Assembly (NCBI GenBank): GCA_963841565.1
Contig: CAWJCY010000012.1
Span: 64,001 to 128,000, forward strand
DNA length: 64,000 nucleotides
Reading direction: 5' to 3'
Source of the DNA: an uncultured Nitrososphaerales archaeon
GTDB taxonomy: Archaea; Thermoproteota; Nitrososphaeria; Nitrososphaerales; Nitrososphaeraceae
Below, in pieces: positions 32,317 to 43,741 of the stretch. Position numbers and translations under genes: made by a program. Positions within the stretch are counted from its first letter, which is position 1; the number at the start of each line of letters is the position of its first letter. Below the pieces are notes generated by a model. The model saw only the letters and a list, made by a program, of their open reading frames with translations, had not been told where the DNA came from and searched no databases.

Positions 32317-32679
32317 TTAAGAACTATTGTGGGATGCAAGTTTAACCTTATCTAGTTTTCTTGTCACAACTTGGACTCTATCTTCCAATGTATGCATTTT
32401 GTCTAATCTTTGATCTATGCGAATTGTAGAGATGATACGAGATACTCCTACTTTTTTTACTGCTTCGTGCGCAGCTTCGACTGCGTTCAAAATACTCTTC
32501 AATTTTGTTGACTCTACTTGTGTTCCCATTCCAGTAAGAGTAACTTTCAACCCTTTTGTCTTCTTAATAGCCATGAAAGCGACAGCAATTTCATCACTCA
32601 TGCTTACTTTGCCCTTCGCGAGAGGAACTAAACTAATCTCGGCAACGACTACCCTACTGCTTGGTTTATGATACGACAT
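32317..32679 (-). CDS. Thiamine-binding protein (MTH1187/YkoF family)
   Basis: AEISLVP, S.S.EI, TGMGTQVE, AHEA, RIDQRLDK. Confidence 0.9.
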   Translation of the reverse strand: MSYHKPSSRVVVAEISLVPLAKGKVSMSDEIAVAFMAIKKTKGLKVTLTGMGTQVESTKLKSILNAVEAAHEAVKKVGVSRIISTIRIDQRLDKMHTLEDRVQVVTRKLDKVKLASHNSS

Positions 32680-32895
32680 GGTTTGAATTTATGCCTGTCA
32701 TCTTTTATTTATTCCCATCTGGAAGCAAAGCTCACTGAACTCAAAATCTTTTGGTACTAGAGAAGATAAGACTGCTATGAGTCCATCTTGAAGTCTGTCC
32801 AGCCTTGTGATTATCCTCGTCACTAAAATGAGATAGCTTCATTAAGTAGTGCGTTCGAAGAAATAAATTGGACTATCGATAGTCCCATAACCTCG

Positions 32896-33126
32896 TTGTC
32901 TTCTGAACCTAAGAAATCACCTTTCTCGATAATACTAATAGGAGGTATCATCATTGGACTTGGGCTTGTCTTCATTGCTCAAAGTAGCAGTCTCTTGGGT
33001 CCTTCCTCGTCTTTCATGTACAACAATGCAGACTGGACTACATATGGCTCGGCAGTCACTGTGATAGGGATCATCGTGTGTTCAATTGGTTTGTTGAAGA
33101 GATTTGTTAGAAGGTCAAAGAAATGA
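32896..33126 (+). CDS. Small 2-TM membrane protein
   Basis: Two hydrophobic helices flanking GPSSSFMY..DW. Confidence 0.7.
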   Translation: MSSEPKKSPFSIILIGGIIIGLGLVFIAQSSSLLGPSSSFMYNNADWTTYGSAVTVIGIIVCSIGLLKRFVRRSKK

Positions 33127-33494
33127 ATACTACTGGCTGTCGTTGATGCTATGTATCATTCAACCAGATAGTAGCATTCGTATCCTACATATCGTCATTA
33201 TTTGTCCTTTCGCAATCTAGCCCATGTGCTGAACTAATTGATTTCAAGGGAATATCGAATTTTTGAAGAGGGGGCATTAATTTTGGATGGATAATCGTAT
33301 TAAATTATCCGGCATAAATCAACATGAAGGCCCGTGAGAATAATTGACCGTGATGATTTACCCAACGATGAAGGAATTAATTGTCGAGATAATCAAATCC
33401 TTCAATTGCAATAACAATTATCTTAGAAAATGTCAGATAGACGTGAATTCAAAAGGGGGGTAGATATATCAAAGGAGATCCTGAAAGAATTCTG

Positions 33495-33535
33495 AATCGG
33501 AACTCCTTCCTTATAATCGGAACTCCTTCCTTATA
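33495..33535. repeat. Perfect 20-bp tandem duplication AATCGGAACTCCTTCCTTAT x2
   Basis: Read directly at 33495-33514 and 33515-33534. Confidence 0.95.
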
Positions 33536-33689
33536 GTGAGCATGTGGATCAAAAGAGGCAGGTTAATGATATATGCGATCGCGATATCAGGTGTTGAGTA
33601 GCAATGATTTGATTAATTCTTGTTTGAATGAATTAATTGGAATGTGAGAAGAAATTCCCACTCCTGGATCTGGAGTTCAGCTGCTAAAA

Positions 33690-34118
33690 TTGAGAAATTA
33701 TAAGAATAAGTTATTCTATAATCATATTGAGAATTTGTCATCATATGAGTTGAGAGAGATCAGATCCGTTTTTCGCGGGTTGCAAACGCTATATGAAACA
33801 TATTTGCCTAAAGTAGACCCACTTCTTATCCATGATTTGCTTGTTCGTGAGCAAGAAAAATCAGAACATGCCCCATTCTACATGGTTGAAATCTTTACAA
33901 AAGACGGAACGGATTCCGATCTAATGAAAGATAAGATATACCTGAGCACGGGAATGGTTCCATCCATCCACGATAAAGGCACTCATTATGTAACCAATCA
34001 ACGATTGAGCTTAGAAAAACTGAAAGAAATAAGTAACGATGAGAATGTGTTGGAAGTTACAGGAGACTATACTGGAACACTTACGGGATTAGGTGCATCA
34101 CATGAACACAAGTATTAA
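33690..34118 (+). CDS. Conserved hypothetical protein (thaumarchaeal)
   Basis: LPKVDP.L.HDLL, PFYMVEIFTK.G, YVTNQRL.LE.LKEIS, EVTGDYTG. Confidence 0.7.
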   Translation: MRNYKNKLFYNHIENLSSYELREIRSVFRGLQTLYETYLPKVDPLLIHDLLVREQEKSEHAPFYMVEIFTKDGTDSDLMKDKIYLSTGMVPSIHDKGTHYVTNQRLSLEKLKEISNDENVLEVTGDYTGTLTGLGASHEHKY

Positions 34119-34506
34119 CCAATAAAGGGATTATGTTTTATAACTATTTCATAGTCCGGTTGGAACAGTATAGACAATCTTCATCTAACAACCAGACCCT
34201 GCGGAAGAATTAGTCTGCCGTTCACGACCATAGGTGAAATTCAAGCCGAGGCGATCAAAGGTATCTCCTTCTACGAGTAAGATCATGAGACTGATGTAGC
34301 TACTTAAGAGCACTACAGTTTCAATTAGAAATCTCAAGGCAGGAATCAAAGCAGAAACCAAGGAATATAACCCTGCATCAAAAATTTTCAAGTTGTAAGC
34401 TCAAGTTCTACTGAGTAAAACTAAGACTTCGATCGAATAACATTCATCACCAAATATGAATCTAATTAACAAGAGTTAGATACTGGAACGTTCTAGACAC
34501 TTACTG

Positions 34507-35001
34507 ATGTGGTTTCCGCTGCTGACACGTAATAAAGCTAAGGAGCACTGTGCAGTTTGCAATAAAGAGTTAATAAAATTCAGGTACAAGCCACGAGATG
34601 AATGGGATATTCGTGGTATGCTCTGCGGAGATTGTCACGTCATGAAATCCATGGAATATTCAGGACACACTGAAGTCAGTAGAAGCAAGAAACGGCAGGA
34701 CATGATCGAAGATGAGAATGAGGCATCTCCAAAATGTGGAATGTGTAATGCTGATATTGGTTCTGGCTCAGAACCGCTTAAACCAAAATGGCAGTGGAAC
34801 ATTGACACAAACTTAATCCTTTGTAAGCGATGTTATTCCTCGAAGAGCAAAGAATACGAAAATAAAATCAATTATTGTGCTGTTTGCGGTAACAAAATGC
34901 CTTTCTTTCGTTACAATCCCAAACCTAAGTGGAAGATTGATGGTCAACTCTGCAGGAGATGCTGGGACGATTCCAACAATCGTTGGAAGAACCAAGCATA
35001 A
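34507..35001 (+). CDS. Triple-repeat zinc-finger protein
   Basis: Three repeats of CxxC-x(8-10)-PxxxWxI-xxxLCxxC. Confidence 0.8.
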   Translation: MWFPLLTRNKAKEHCAVCNKELIKFRYKPRDEWDIRGMLCGDCHVMKSMEYSGHTEVSRSKKRQDMIEDENEASPKCGMCNADIGSGSEPLKPKWQWNIDTNLILCKRCYSSKSKEYENKINYCAVCGNKMPFFRYNPKPKWKIDGQLCRRCWDDSNNRWKNQA

Positions 35002-35638
35002 TACAGAAGGAAATTGGTGAAATAACTTTGCGAAAGTTAACTATCTCGTATTAAACACTGGCAGCCTCAACTCCAATGGTTCAAGTTTCCTGATACCTAA
35101 TTTCTAATTCACTTCCTATTGAGTATTACCCCGTAATTTAATCTAGTGGTAGGGGTCATCCGGATGTTTGCGACTCGCAGAAATATCTTAAAAAATTAAT
35201 AATTCTAAAATAATGCACACCCGGGTAAGTGAGAAGGAAAACCATTCTTGAACAGGAAATTCCTTCTAATATTATGACATATCAACAACACACGATCTCC
35301 GCAAAGAGAATGGATTTCCGTTATGGCTTCAAATGAATATGGGTTCCACATTCTTGCAACCTTTCAGAGTTGTAAGTTCAAATGCGGAAGTTAGGTTTAT
35401 GCATTATCTCTTCTGGTAATGAATTGAAGTAGGGCATGCTCAGATATTTCTGGATGTATCAGTCTACTACTGAATAAATGTAGTCATATAGAGTTGCCTA
35501 TGGACAATATCAATTCTATCAAATCATCATAGTCAGATCCTATCAATGCAAGCGAAGTGACTGGAATTCAATATGTTAAGGCCCAAGTACGATATTCAGT
35601 GTTATTCTCAAAAGATATCTGACCGTTCAAATCCGTAA

Positions 35639-36796
35639 TTAGGTCTTGCCTAGGAGAATGTTGATCGCTCTCTTAAATTCCTCTATTTGCATCGGCGGCA
35701 CATTTGCTAACCGGAGATTCTGTTCCACATGTTCTGGCTTTTTTTGACCTATTAGGGGAGCGATAACTGAAGGAGTAGAACGTATCACTTGTAGTATCTT
35801 TGCAACTGGATCGGTCAAATCTTCATTATAGCTAGGAATTTTGGCGCGAAGGAGCTTCCCTTGAAAAAGAGGAATACTTGTAAAGACTCCAATCCTAAGC
35901 TTTGATGCCGCTTCTAATATTGAAAGATTCTTTTCATTTCCTACGGTCTGGTTTTTTAAAAGCAACGGTTCGCTGTATGCCAGGTTGTAAGGCAGTTGTA
36001 TAAATCGAAATCCATGGTTGTTTGAACCGCCTTCATTGACATCTTGGGCTAGCTTTACAACCTCTTCTAGTGATAAGTATTCACTTTTATCATCAGGTAC
36101 TCTAAAGCAAGTCCAAGTAGCCATTCCATAGTAACGTATTTTATTTCTGGCCCTATATTTCTCATAAACCTGAAAAACCTTTCTGAGCATTTCCATAAAT
36201 TCCTCCCTGGTAACATCCTGATACCAACTTTCAAAAGAATTATGCGCATAGACCAGGTCAATTGTGCTCAAATTCATATTAGATAATGATTTATCTATGC
36301 ATCTCTCAATGTATGTAGGATTCAGTACATTGTAGCCACTGCTTATATCACTCGAACTAATAAGCCCAGGAGTAATGTACATCTTCTGCATATATTCCAT
36401 CATTCCTATAGACGGAAAGTCTCCGTCATTGGTTATGTAACCGTTCTTAGTCGAGACAAAAACTTGATCTCTCGAAATAATGCGATCTTTGATAAGGCGC
36501 GATAGTGCTCTTCCAATTGATTTCTCAGATTTCATAGCTCGATAGTTGATAGCAGTATCAATAATATTTATTGCTCCAGATTTGATGGATTCGTATATCG
36601 CATTTTCGATTGCCTCGTCTTCGTAGTCTGTAATATCTCCCAAATAGGTTCCCATTCCAAGACTTGATAGATTTAGATCATCGAAAATGCGAAAATGGCT
36701 CTCAGGTCTGCTTTTTTCATTGACAGCATATTTCACATATCGACTAGTTCCTTCCGTCGTTGCAAATCCATCAATTAATTCGTTTCTGTTGGCCAA
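35639..36796 (-). CDS. Aldo/keto reductase
   Basis: LGMGTY, DTAINY, VSTKNG, DLVYAHN, IQLPYN. Confidence 0.92.
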   Translation of the reverse strand: MANRNELIDGFATTEGTSRYVKYAVNEKSRPESHFRIFDDLNLSSLGMGTYLGDITDYEDEAIENAIYESIKSGAINIIDTAINYRAMKSEKSIGRALSRLIKDRIISRDQVFVSTKNGYITNDGDFPSIGMMEYMQKMYITPGLISSSDISSGYNVLNPTYIERCIDKSLSNMNLSTIDLVYAHNSFESWYQDVTREEFMEMLRKVFQVYEKYRARNKIRYYGMATWTCFRVPDDKSEYLSLEEVVKLAQDVNEGGSNNHGFRFIQLPYNLAYSEPLLLKNQTVGNEKNLSILEAASKLRIGVFTSIPLFQGKLLRAKIPSYNEDLTDPVAKILQVIRSTPSVIAPLIGQKKPEHVEQNLRLANVPPMQIEEFKRAINILLGKT

Positions 36797-38053
36797 TGAT
36801 AGTACATTCAGAATTGGAAGCTAGATTTTAGGATTACTTGTAAATCGGTTTCCACTAACTATTCTAGAGAAATATTGTGGACCATGGTACCATGTGTCTA
36901 TTTCTCTGTTGCGAAGCAACCAATTAATTGAAAGTAGAATATTGCTCCCCACTAATCCTGAACAACTTGGTAAGTTATTACAGTCGGCCAACATTTCGTA
37001 TTGCAATTCCACACAACGATCGCCAATTAGCGGTAGAACCTTGAGTCAACCCAGGAATAGGAATCCTATTTGGTTTCGCTGTCTATGGATCCACTAGTCG
37101 AAGTGGTTACGGCTTAACTTTAAGAACCATGATAAGAATGTAAAGAATTTTGATTTAGTATCAATTGAACCTAAGTTACCACCCAAATCAAGCATTTGGC
37201 ATCAAATGATGGAAGTGTATGTGGGCCCCTTAGATTACAATTATTCATTGGGGTCAGTTACCAACTAACAATACCCTATCTTCTCGAAAATTCCTGAAAG
37301 AATTCATAAATAATACATCATAGTTTTCTACATCCTAGATGGCGGGGTAGTTTTTGTCAGAGAAAATCTTGCAAGTCTCTGACTTATTGTATTGACTTAA
37401 CCATAATAAAGGAACAAGTTTGGCACGGTTTAACCATGGACTCAAGAAACACGTATTGCTTAAGGTGAATTAATTAAGGTTTTTTCGATTCGGCATCTGC
37501 TGATAAAGGTAATTTAAAATCCAAACCGTATTCAATGTATAATAATCCATTTGATTATGCATTCTAGCATTGCAATAACACGAACATCAATCGATTATCG
37601 CCTTATTCAAGATAGTAATGGATTGCTGAACATTCATTGTTACAAAAACGTATTATCTTATACGGGGTCGCGATTAGAGGAATATTATTTAGGTTTTGGT
37701 AATGGAAAAATCATTGGCAAATGGCCATGAATTCGACGAAAAGTGAACCAATAATCGCTACTTATTTTTGAGTCGTGCATCATGTATTGGTAATAGCTAT
37801 TCTTCAGATTGATAATTGAACTCGGCGATTACATTCAACTAGATAAAATACATTTTTCCCACCAAAATCAGCCATACACGAACCAGAAGAAAATTAAATG
37901 AAACCTTATTATCAGCTAGCATAGGCTAACTAGCGAAGAAAGTAGAATCTAATACCCTCTGGCATTATCAAAATCGATCCCATCTAAGCTAAACGAAAAA
38001 ATATTGCAGAAGAGTATCATATTCTAACGAATATTCTACTCCTTGCATGAAGC

Positions 38054-38060
38054 AAAAAAA
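38054..38060 (-). terminator. Oligo-T terminator
   Basis: T7 on minus strand 18 nt after the stop codon. Confidence 0.55.
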
Positions 38061-38078
38061 GGATTTGTTTGACACACA

Positions 38079-38186
38079 TTACTTGCTTTTGGATTTCTTA
38101 CCTTTCTTTGCTGCCTTTGTTCCTTTTGCAGTTGTGCTCTTTCTCTTTGAGCTAGCTGCAGTTTTCTTTTTTGTAGATGTCGGCAT
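38079..38186 (-). CDS. 35-aa Lys/Ser/Thr/Ala-rich basic protein (histone-H1-tail-like), missed by ORF track
   Basis: MPTSTKKKTAASSKRKSTTAKGTKAAKKGKKSKSK*; BRE/TATA about 25-35 nt upstream; T7 run downstream. Confidence 0.8.
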   Translation of the reverse strand: MPTSTKKKTAASSKRKSTTAKGTKAAKKGKKSKSK

Positions 38187-38210
38187 CTAATTTCGGTATA
38201 TCATTAGGTA

Positions 38211-38228
38211 CTTATATATATTTTCCGC
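38211..38228 (-). promoter_or_regulatory. Archaeal BRE-TATA promoter for the basic micro-gene (leaderless spacing)
   Basis: Minus strand gcggaaaaTATATATAAG ends about 24 nt before the ATG. Confidence 0.7.
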
Positions 38229-39447
38229 GATACCAACTTTAGAAACGCGTTATAGATCTTTCATTTGGTATAATTCAACTTGATCGTAATTCTATGTGTT
38301 GGCAGACATCCAAATATCTGGAGTTGACAGAAATAATTAATGTTCAATATATGCAGTTAAAGTATTGCATTGTCTTTGTAGAAAAGTCAAGAGGAAATTT
38401 AGTGTTGAAAAAGGAACCCTTGATCTGAGTTGAAGTCCAATAATTTCATCGTTAACAAAGTCTAGGTTAAAAGCTTTAACGATCTGCATGAGCAGATAAG
38501 TCCAGCGGACTATAGCAAGAATGTCAGAATGTACTGCTTATTCTGTTACACTGTATCAGTTTGATCCAAATCCATTAGATTAATCATACCCACCTTTCAT
38601 CAACGTCCAATGTTAATTGGACACGTACAGGCCTATACTCTGAAAGCTTCCTTTGTCACTTCAATGTGGCCGACTAGATTTGAAAACACAAGTCTCAGAA
38701 CACAATTTAGAGTAAATAACTTGTTAGTACAGATATATGAGAAGGAAATGCATTCCTGAATTACTATTGGTTGACCTGGCAATCAAGAAGTTTAAAGTGG
38801 ATTCCAATTGTTCCTTAAAATGAAACAATACCTGGGAACCAAATAATTCTCGACTTTCACCATCGTTATTTGAACTTACCAGCTGAATGAATGCAACTAA
38901 AGCTGCTCACCAGCCTTCGATAGCAAAGGTTAAAGAATGGTAAGGGCTCTAACCTCATTCCTTCCTTGATATATTTATGCCTTTGACAAATATTCAAAAC
39001 ACTCCTGATGAAAATGTTTAAGGGAACATCATTTATTGCCAGTGGAATTGGTGATGGTGAAATTAAATGAACAGACATTTTGAATTACATACTAATATTT
39101 TGTTTTCCGCGAGCTCCCCTTCTATTTTCTACTTCAAAATCACAGGACATAGACCATATTGTCACCGCAACAGGCTACAGTTCAGCATAAAGATACAAGA
39201 TGATACCTATCTACCGGAGAGAGTTGGGTTGAATTATGAATTTGTATGCTCTATAGTGTTACTTCTAGCCCATTTGAGAGCATAATATATCGAATATTTG
39301 TACTTGGTAAAGAACATTATTCGAAACCAGCTCAACAATCAATCAAGATTTAACATCGCCATAGAATGATTCAATATCTAAAGGTCAGCCTTGGCTATAA
39401 CTCTTGGCGTCCACCGAATAGATTTAGGACCTCCTACGTAGACTTCA

Positions 39448-39748
39448 TCAGTTCCTTTCTCTGCCTACCTCCTTATTAATAGCGTTTCTGAGCTCTTCAT
39501 CATTCTTGTTACTGTAATCGATCCCCAGCGTGTCAGCAATAGTTTCCAATTTTTCCCTATCTATATCGGAAACGCCTGTTCGGTCTTTCAATCGTTCCAA
39601 TTCTCTATTTGCTTCTATTTTGGATTTCTGGAATTCCGCAGAAGCTTTTCCAGCTGATCTCAGCTAGTTGAGGGATCTTCTTGACTCCAAGAAATAGCAT
39701 GACGATTACAACGATAATAATTATCCACTCAATTCCAATCACCATCAT
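39448..39748 (-). CDS. tatA: Twin-arginine translocase TatA/E; +1 frameshift at about 39661, missed by ORF track
   Basis: MMVIGIEWIIIIVVIVMLFLGVKKIPQLA(g)RSAGKASAEFQKSKIEANRELERLK...REKLETIADTLGIDYSNKNDEELRNAI. Confidence 0.9.
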
Positions 39749-40516
39749 CAGATTGGCTACTTGGTATGGCACCGCTTGACGCCCTGTTTACATAATACTA
39801 CTAGAGGAGAATTTAAATATTCTTTATTTTACTGATCAGAAAATCGTCTACCGACTTTTACTATATGGGCACTGAAGTGACCGTTAAAGAATTCATCAAA
39901 TGGATCAATGGAATAAGCCAGAGAAGTTTGCTCACTCCACATCCAAAGGATAGCCTGCTTTCCACTCTATTCCTTGCTAATCGCACTTTCTAAACATTGA
40001 AAGATTCTATAATACTCATGAAATATTGATCCCCGATTCCTTTTTGAAATATTTTTAACAATCAATTAAATCCTACCAGATTGTTCTTAAGGGAACAAAT
40101 GAAAGCTATTCCTCTGAACCATAAGAGGTTCAGGGAGAAGAAAGGGCGATTAGAATTGCGTTATGGTCATCGACTATTAGCAGTTTACTAAGGATCCTTA
40201 TTTCCTTCATAGTATTAATTAATTCAGAGAATATAGAGGCGTGTATATATGTAATTTCCTATACTTTGCTTGTTAGAAATTAGATGAACTATTATGAGCA
40301 ACAAGAACTGAAACTTTTTACCAACTGAAAAAATTCTCTGAGACTTGAGATTGACACAAATATCAATGGTTTGATATGAATTACTGTTTTGCAACTTCAC
40401 AATCATACGGCGCGTAATTGCAAATTGAGTAGTTTAGTAGTTGCATTGTTTGACGATGCTCAGTATCTTACCTAGCCCATCTCCATGATTTTTATGCCTC
40501 TCCGTTCAGAAATAGT

Positions 40517-42121
40517 TTGATGAGATTTGAGAATGAAGACACTTTCAGGAAGCTATTGCTGTCTAATCAAGAATCAATATTTCATAAGAAATATAATAAT
40601 GCTATCAAACAAATCAAATCCCAGTTCGGTAGGAAATATCCGCTATTGATTGATGGCAAAGATGTTAGGTCGGTAAAGTCATTTAAACATACTTCCCCAT
40701 TGGACACTCGGATAGTTTTGGGATACTTCCCAAGGGCGAATTTGAAACATGTCAACTACGCGATAACATCAGCATCTAATACATTTGAAAGTTGGAGAAA
40801 AATAGACTATCAAGAGCGTCTAAAGATCTTTGCTTCTGGTGTCAAGAGCATCGCAGCCAGGAAATATGAGCTATCTGCATGGATAACATTTGAAAGTGGA
40901 AAAAATCGATTTGAGGCAATGGCGGATGTCGACGAGGCAATCGATTTTATAAGATATTACTCCACGGAAATGGTATCAAATAAAGGTTATGTGGTGGACA
41001 CAAAGAGTGCCCGTCCAAGCGAAATAAGTAAGAGTGTGATGAAGCCTTATGGAGTTTGGGGTGTGATTTCGCCCTTTAATTTTCCTGCCGCTCTTACAAT
41101 CGGGATGTGCACTGGAGCTTTAGTTACAGGCAATACGGTGGTTTTAAAACCTGCGAGTGATACCCCAATTGTCGCCTATCTCTTTACTGAAATCATGATG
41201 AAGGCAGGACTGCCTGGAGGAGCTTTGAACTTCATAACTGGTAGCGGTAACACTGTCGGAAAAGCCGTGGTACAAAGCAGGATGGTAGCAGGAATTGCTT
41301 TCACTGGATCTAAAGTCGTGGGTGACATGATATTAGGTGAATCCAACAAGATGAAGCCTAGGGTCGTAATTGCAGAATTGGGTGGAAAGAATCCAGTAGT
41401 AGTCACAGCGAATGCAAATCTGGATGACGCAGTAGAAGGTATAATTCAAGGAGCATTTGGATACTCTGGTCAAAAATGTAGTGCTACCTCTCGTGTATAT
41501 GTTCACAGAGACGTTAAGCAACATTTTACCGAACGGTTGATCCGGAGGGCAAATGAACTGTTTGTTGGAAATCCAATCGACTCCACGACGTTTATAGGTC
41601 CGGTTATCAATTCCACTGCTTACATCAAATATCAGAACTACTCAAAAATAGCCTCTCGTTATGGGAAGGTATTGGTTGGTGGAAGGGTAAGGAAGGATGG
41701 TGATTTGAAATATGGTTTTTTCGTTGAACCGATGATTGTTGAAGGTTTATCAAATAACAATCTCCTATTGAAAGAGGAGTTATTCGTTCCGATTTTATGT
41801 ATAGCGGAATACGCTAAATTTGATGAGGCATTAGAACAGTGTAATACATCGGAGTACGGCTTGACAGCCGCCATTTACAGTGATAACAAACAAGAAATTG
41901 AGACCTTCCTCCAAGAAATTCAGGCGGGAGTGGTATACGTTAATAGAACTTCTGGTGCTACGACCGGAGCAATGGTAGGCTCTCAATCATTTGGTGGTTG
42001 GAAGGCTTCAGGGACAACGGGGAAGGGAACCGGTGGATCATATTATTTGAGTCAATTTTTAAAAGAGCAGAGCCAGACAATAGTTGTAAAAGGATCCCAA
42101 CACAGAAAAAAGAAACACTGA
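40517..42121 (+). CDS. rocA: Aldehyde dehydrogenase, 1-pyrroline-5-carboxylate dehydrogenase (RocA/PruA type)
   Basis: EAIDFIRYY, ISPFNFP, ELGGKN, FGYSGQKCSATSR, TTGA.VG.Q.FGGWK.SG. Confidence 0.85.
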   Translation: MMRFENEDTFRKLLLSNQESIFHKKYNNAIKQIKSQFGRKYPLLIDGKDVRSVKSFKHTSPLDTRIVLGYFPRANLKHVNYAITSASNTFESWRKIDYQERLKIFASGVKSIAARKYELSAWITFESGKNRFEAMADVDEAIDFIRYYSTEMVSNKGYVVDTKSARPSEISKSVMKPYGVWGVISPFNFPAALTIGMCTGALVTGNTVVLKPASDTPIVAYLFTEIMMKAGLPGGALNFITGSGNTVGKAVVQSRMVAGIAFTGSKVVGDMILGESNKMKPRVVIAELGGKNPVVVTANANLDDAVEGIIQGAFGYSGQKCSATSRVYVHRDVKQHFTERLIRRANELFVGNPIDSTTFIGPVINSTAYIKYQNYSKIASRYGKVLVGGRVRKDGDLKYGFFVEPMIVEGLSNNNLLLKEELFVPILCIAEYAKFDEALEQCNTSEYGLTAAIYSDNKQEIETFLQEIQAGVVYVNRTSGATTGAMVGSQSFGGWKASGTTGKGTGGSYYLSQFLKEQSQTIVVKGSQHRKKKH

Positions 42122-42604
42122 TCTGACCTTCCTTGGAACCAGGCCACCAAGCCTCGAGTTGGATTATTTAGACGTAATAAACAAAAACGTGTTTTCTTCG
42201 ATTAACAATCAATGGAAGTTGTAAGTCAATATCCTAAGATTATTGCCTGTTTAATTTGGCCACACATCGGCTCTTGACCTTAAATGAGTTCTGGAATTCA
42301 TGTCTGTGTCAATCTAATTCATACTCTCATCTTTATTAGATGGGATCCCTAATTGTCTATTGTGAAGTGAATCAGTGGCTACTATACACGAATTTCACGA
42401 AAAGAATGAATGGTGGCTAAACGAGCTGGGTTCTTTAGGCGTAAGAGTCAGCAAAACAAATGAATTTAATGACGTAAGCGAAATTAGCAATCTGGCCAAT
42501 ATTTTGAAACGACACTACTTCGCAGATTACAAGAGCGTCCGATGTCGCACTGATCGACCAATACTCTATTGTAGTTGGGGTGTCCATTTATGAGGTTGTG
42601 AATG

Positions 42605-42832
42605 TTAGATCGTCTTGCAAGTCCTACATTTGCCGTAGTAAAATGGATTCCCACATAGTTTCTTTAAACCCATCTCGTACCGGGTATAGTTATAATCACA
42701 ACTAAATAGTACTGCACATCGAGTGCATTGATGATGGCACCCCTCATTCAATTGCTTTAGTCTATAAAGTCTGGTCATTTGTGTCTGATCCAGGATGTCT
42801 TCGCCTTGATTTGTAGTTGGGAATGCAGTCAC
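42605..42832 (-). CDS. Small Cys-rich hypothetical protein
   Basis: HQCTRC...C...C...CRTC; no recognisable family. Confidence 0.4.
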   Translation of the reverse strand: MTAFPTTNQGEDILDQTQMTRLYRLKQLNEGCHHQCTRCAVLFSCDYNYTRYEMGLKKLCGNPFYYGKCRTCKTI

Positions 42833-43420
42833 CGATAAAATTAGATTTGAAGATCAACTATATGAGCAGTAATCAATAAAATTACTTTAAAATAATCAAG
42901 AAATTTTTCCTCAGCAATTAGCTAATTACAATATCGGTGCATCGGATTACAATATGGTCATAACTTCAAGTTCGTATAAGCCTTGACTCGATCAAACTCT
43001 TTTAAGAGGGAATGTTGAGCCGCAAATGTTATTGTCAATAATGGAGTCATAGAAATTGAGTAATATGAGGTTTAGGTGGATTTAGTATGAGATTTTGGTT
43101 GTGAGTTAGATTCCCTTTATCGGTCTTTAGATCATCCTGGATGATTTTTTACTGATAGATTTTTTCTTTACACTTTGGCGAAAAAAGTGGAAACTTTACG
43201 AAATAATCTAAGATGCTCTACTTCTTTGCGGGCATCTAACGCTCAATAAATATATTACAAAAGTTGAACAAACTATTCACTTCGAAAGATTCAACTTACA
43301 TGGTAAAATGCCAATTAATAACTGAGCGACTAGTGTCAGTTACGCGAATCTTCGCACATTTCATGAAAAGCGATAGGAAACTTTTTAGCTAACCATGAGA
43401 ACTTATGCACGAAAAATGAA

Positions 43421-43741
43421 TTGGGGGGGATAGAGTTAACAAAAGAGCCAGATTTGGTAACTGTTAACGGCCTACAGTTTAAGAAATATCAAATGTCGTG
43501 GATACGGGATATGGCAATAAAGTACAACCATGGTAATGTGAATGAATTTATAATAGATACGGTTTTGACCGATCTTTTAATGAAGTTGGAAAAATTGTAT
43601 GGAAATGATGCCTGCCGGTATCCATACCCTATCCGTGAGAAATTGAAGGAAGAAGGATACCAAAGTAGTTTAGAGAAGGTATTCAAAACCTCGGGGGCTC
43701 GTGATAAAGTAGTATTGGACGACTTAGAAGCGGTTGCCTAA
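43421..43741 (+). CDS. Hypothetical protein, possible ribbon-helix-helix N-terminus
   Basis: Strand TVNGLQF, helix KYQMSWIRDMAIKY, turn HGN, helix VNEFIIDTV. Confidence 0.5.
   Translation: MGGIELTKEPDLVTVNGLQFKKYQMSWIRDMAIKYNHGNVNEFIIDTVLTDLLMKLEKLYGNDACRYPYPIREKLKEEGYQSSLEKVFKTSGARDKVVLDDLEAVA

Noticed and set aside
33345-33395. C/D box sRNA (GTGATGA)
   Set aside because: No properly spaced CTGA D or D' boxes
36821-40406. Short ORFs 36821..37012, 36894..37097, 38866..39078, 39067..39285, 40224..40406
   Set aside because: No motifs, atypical composition and no clear expression signals
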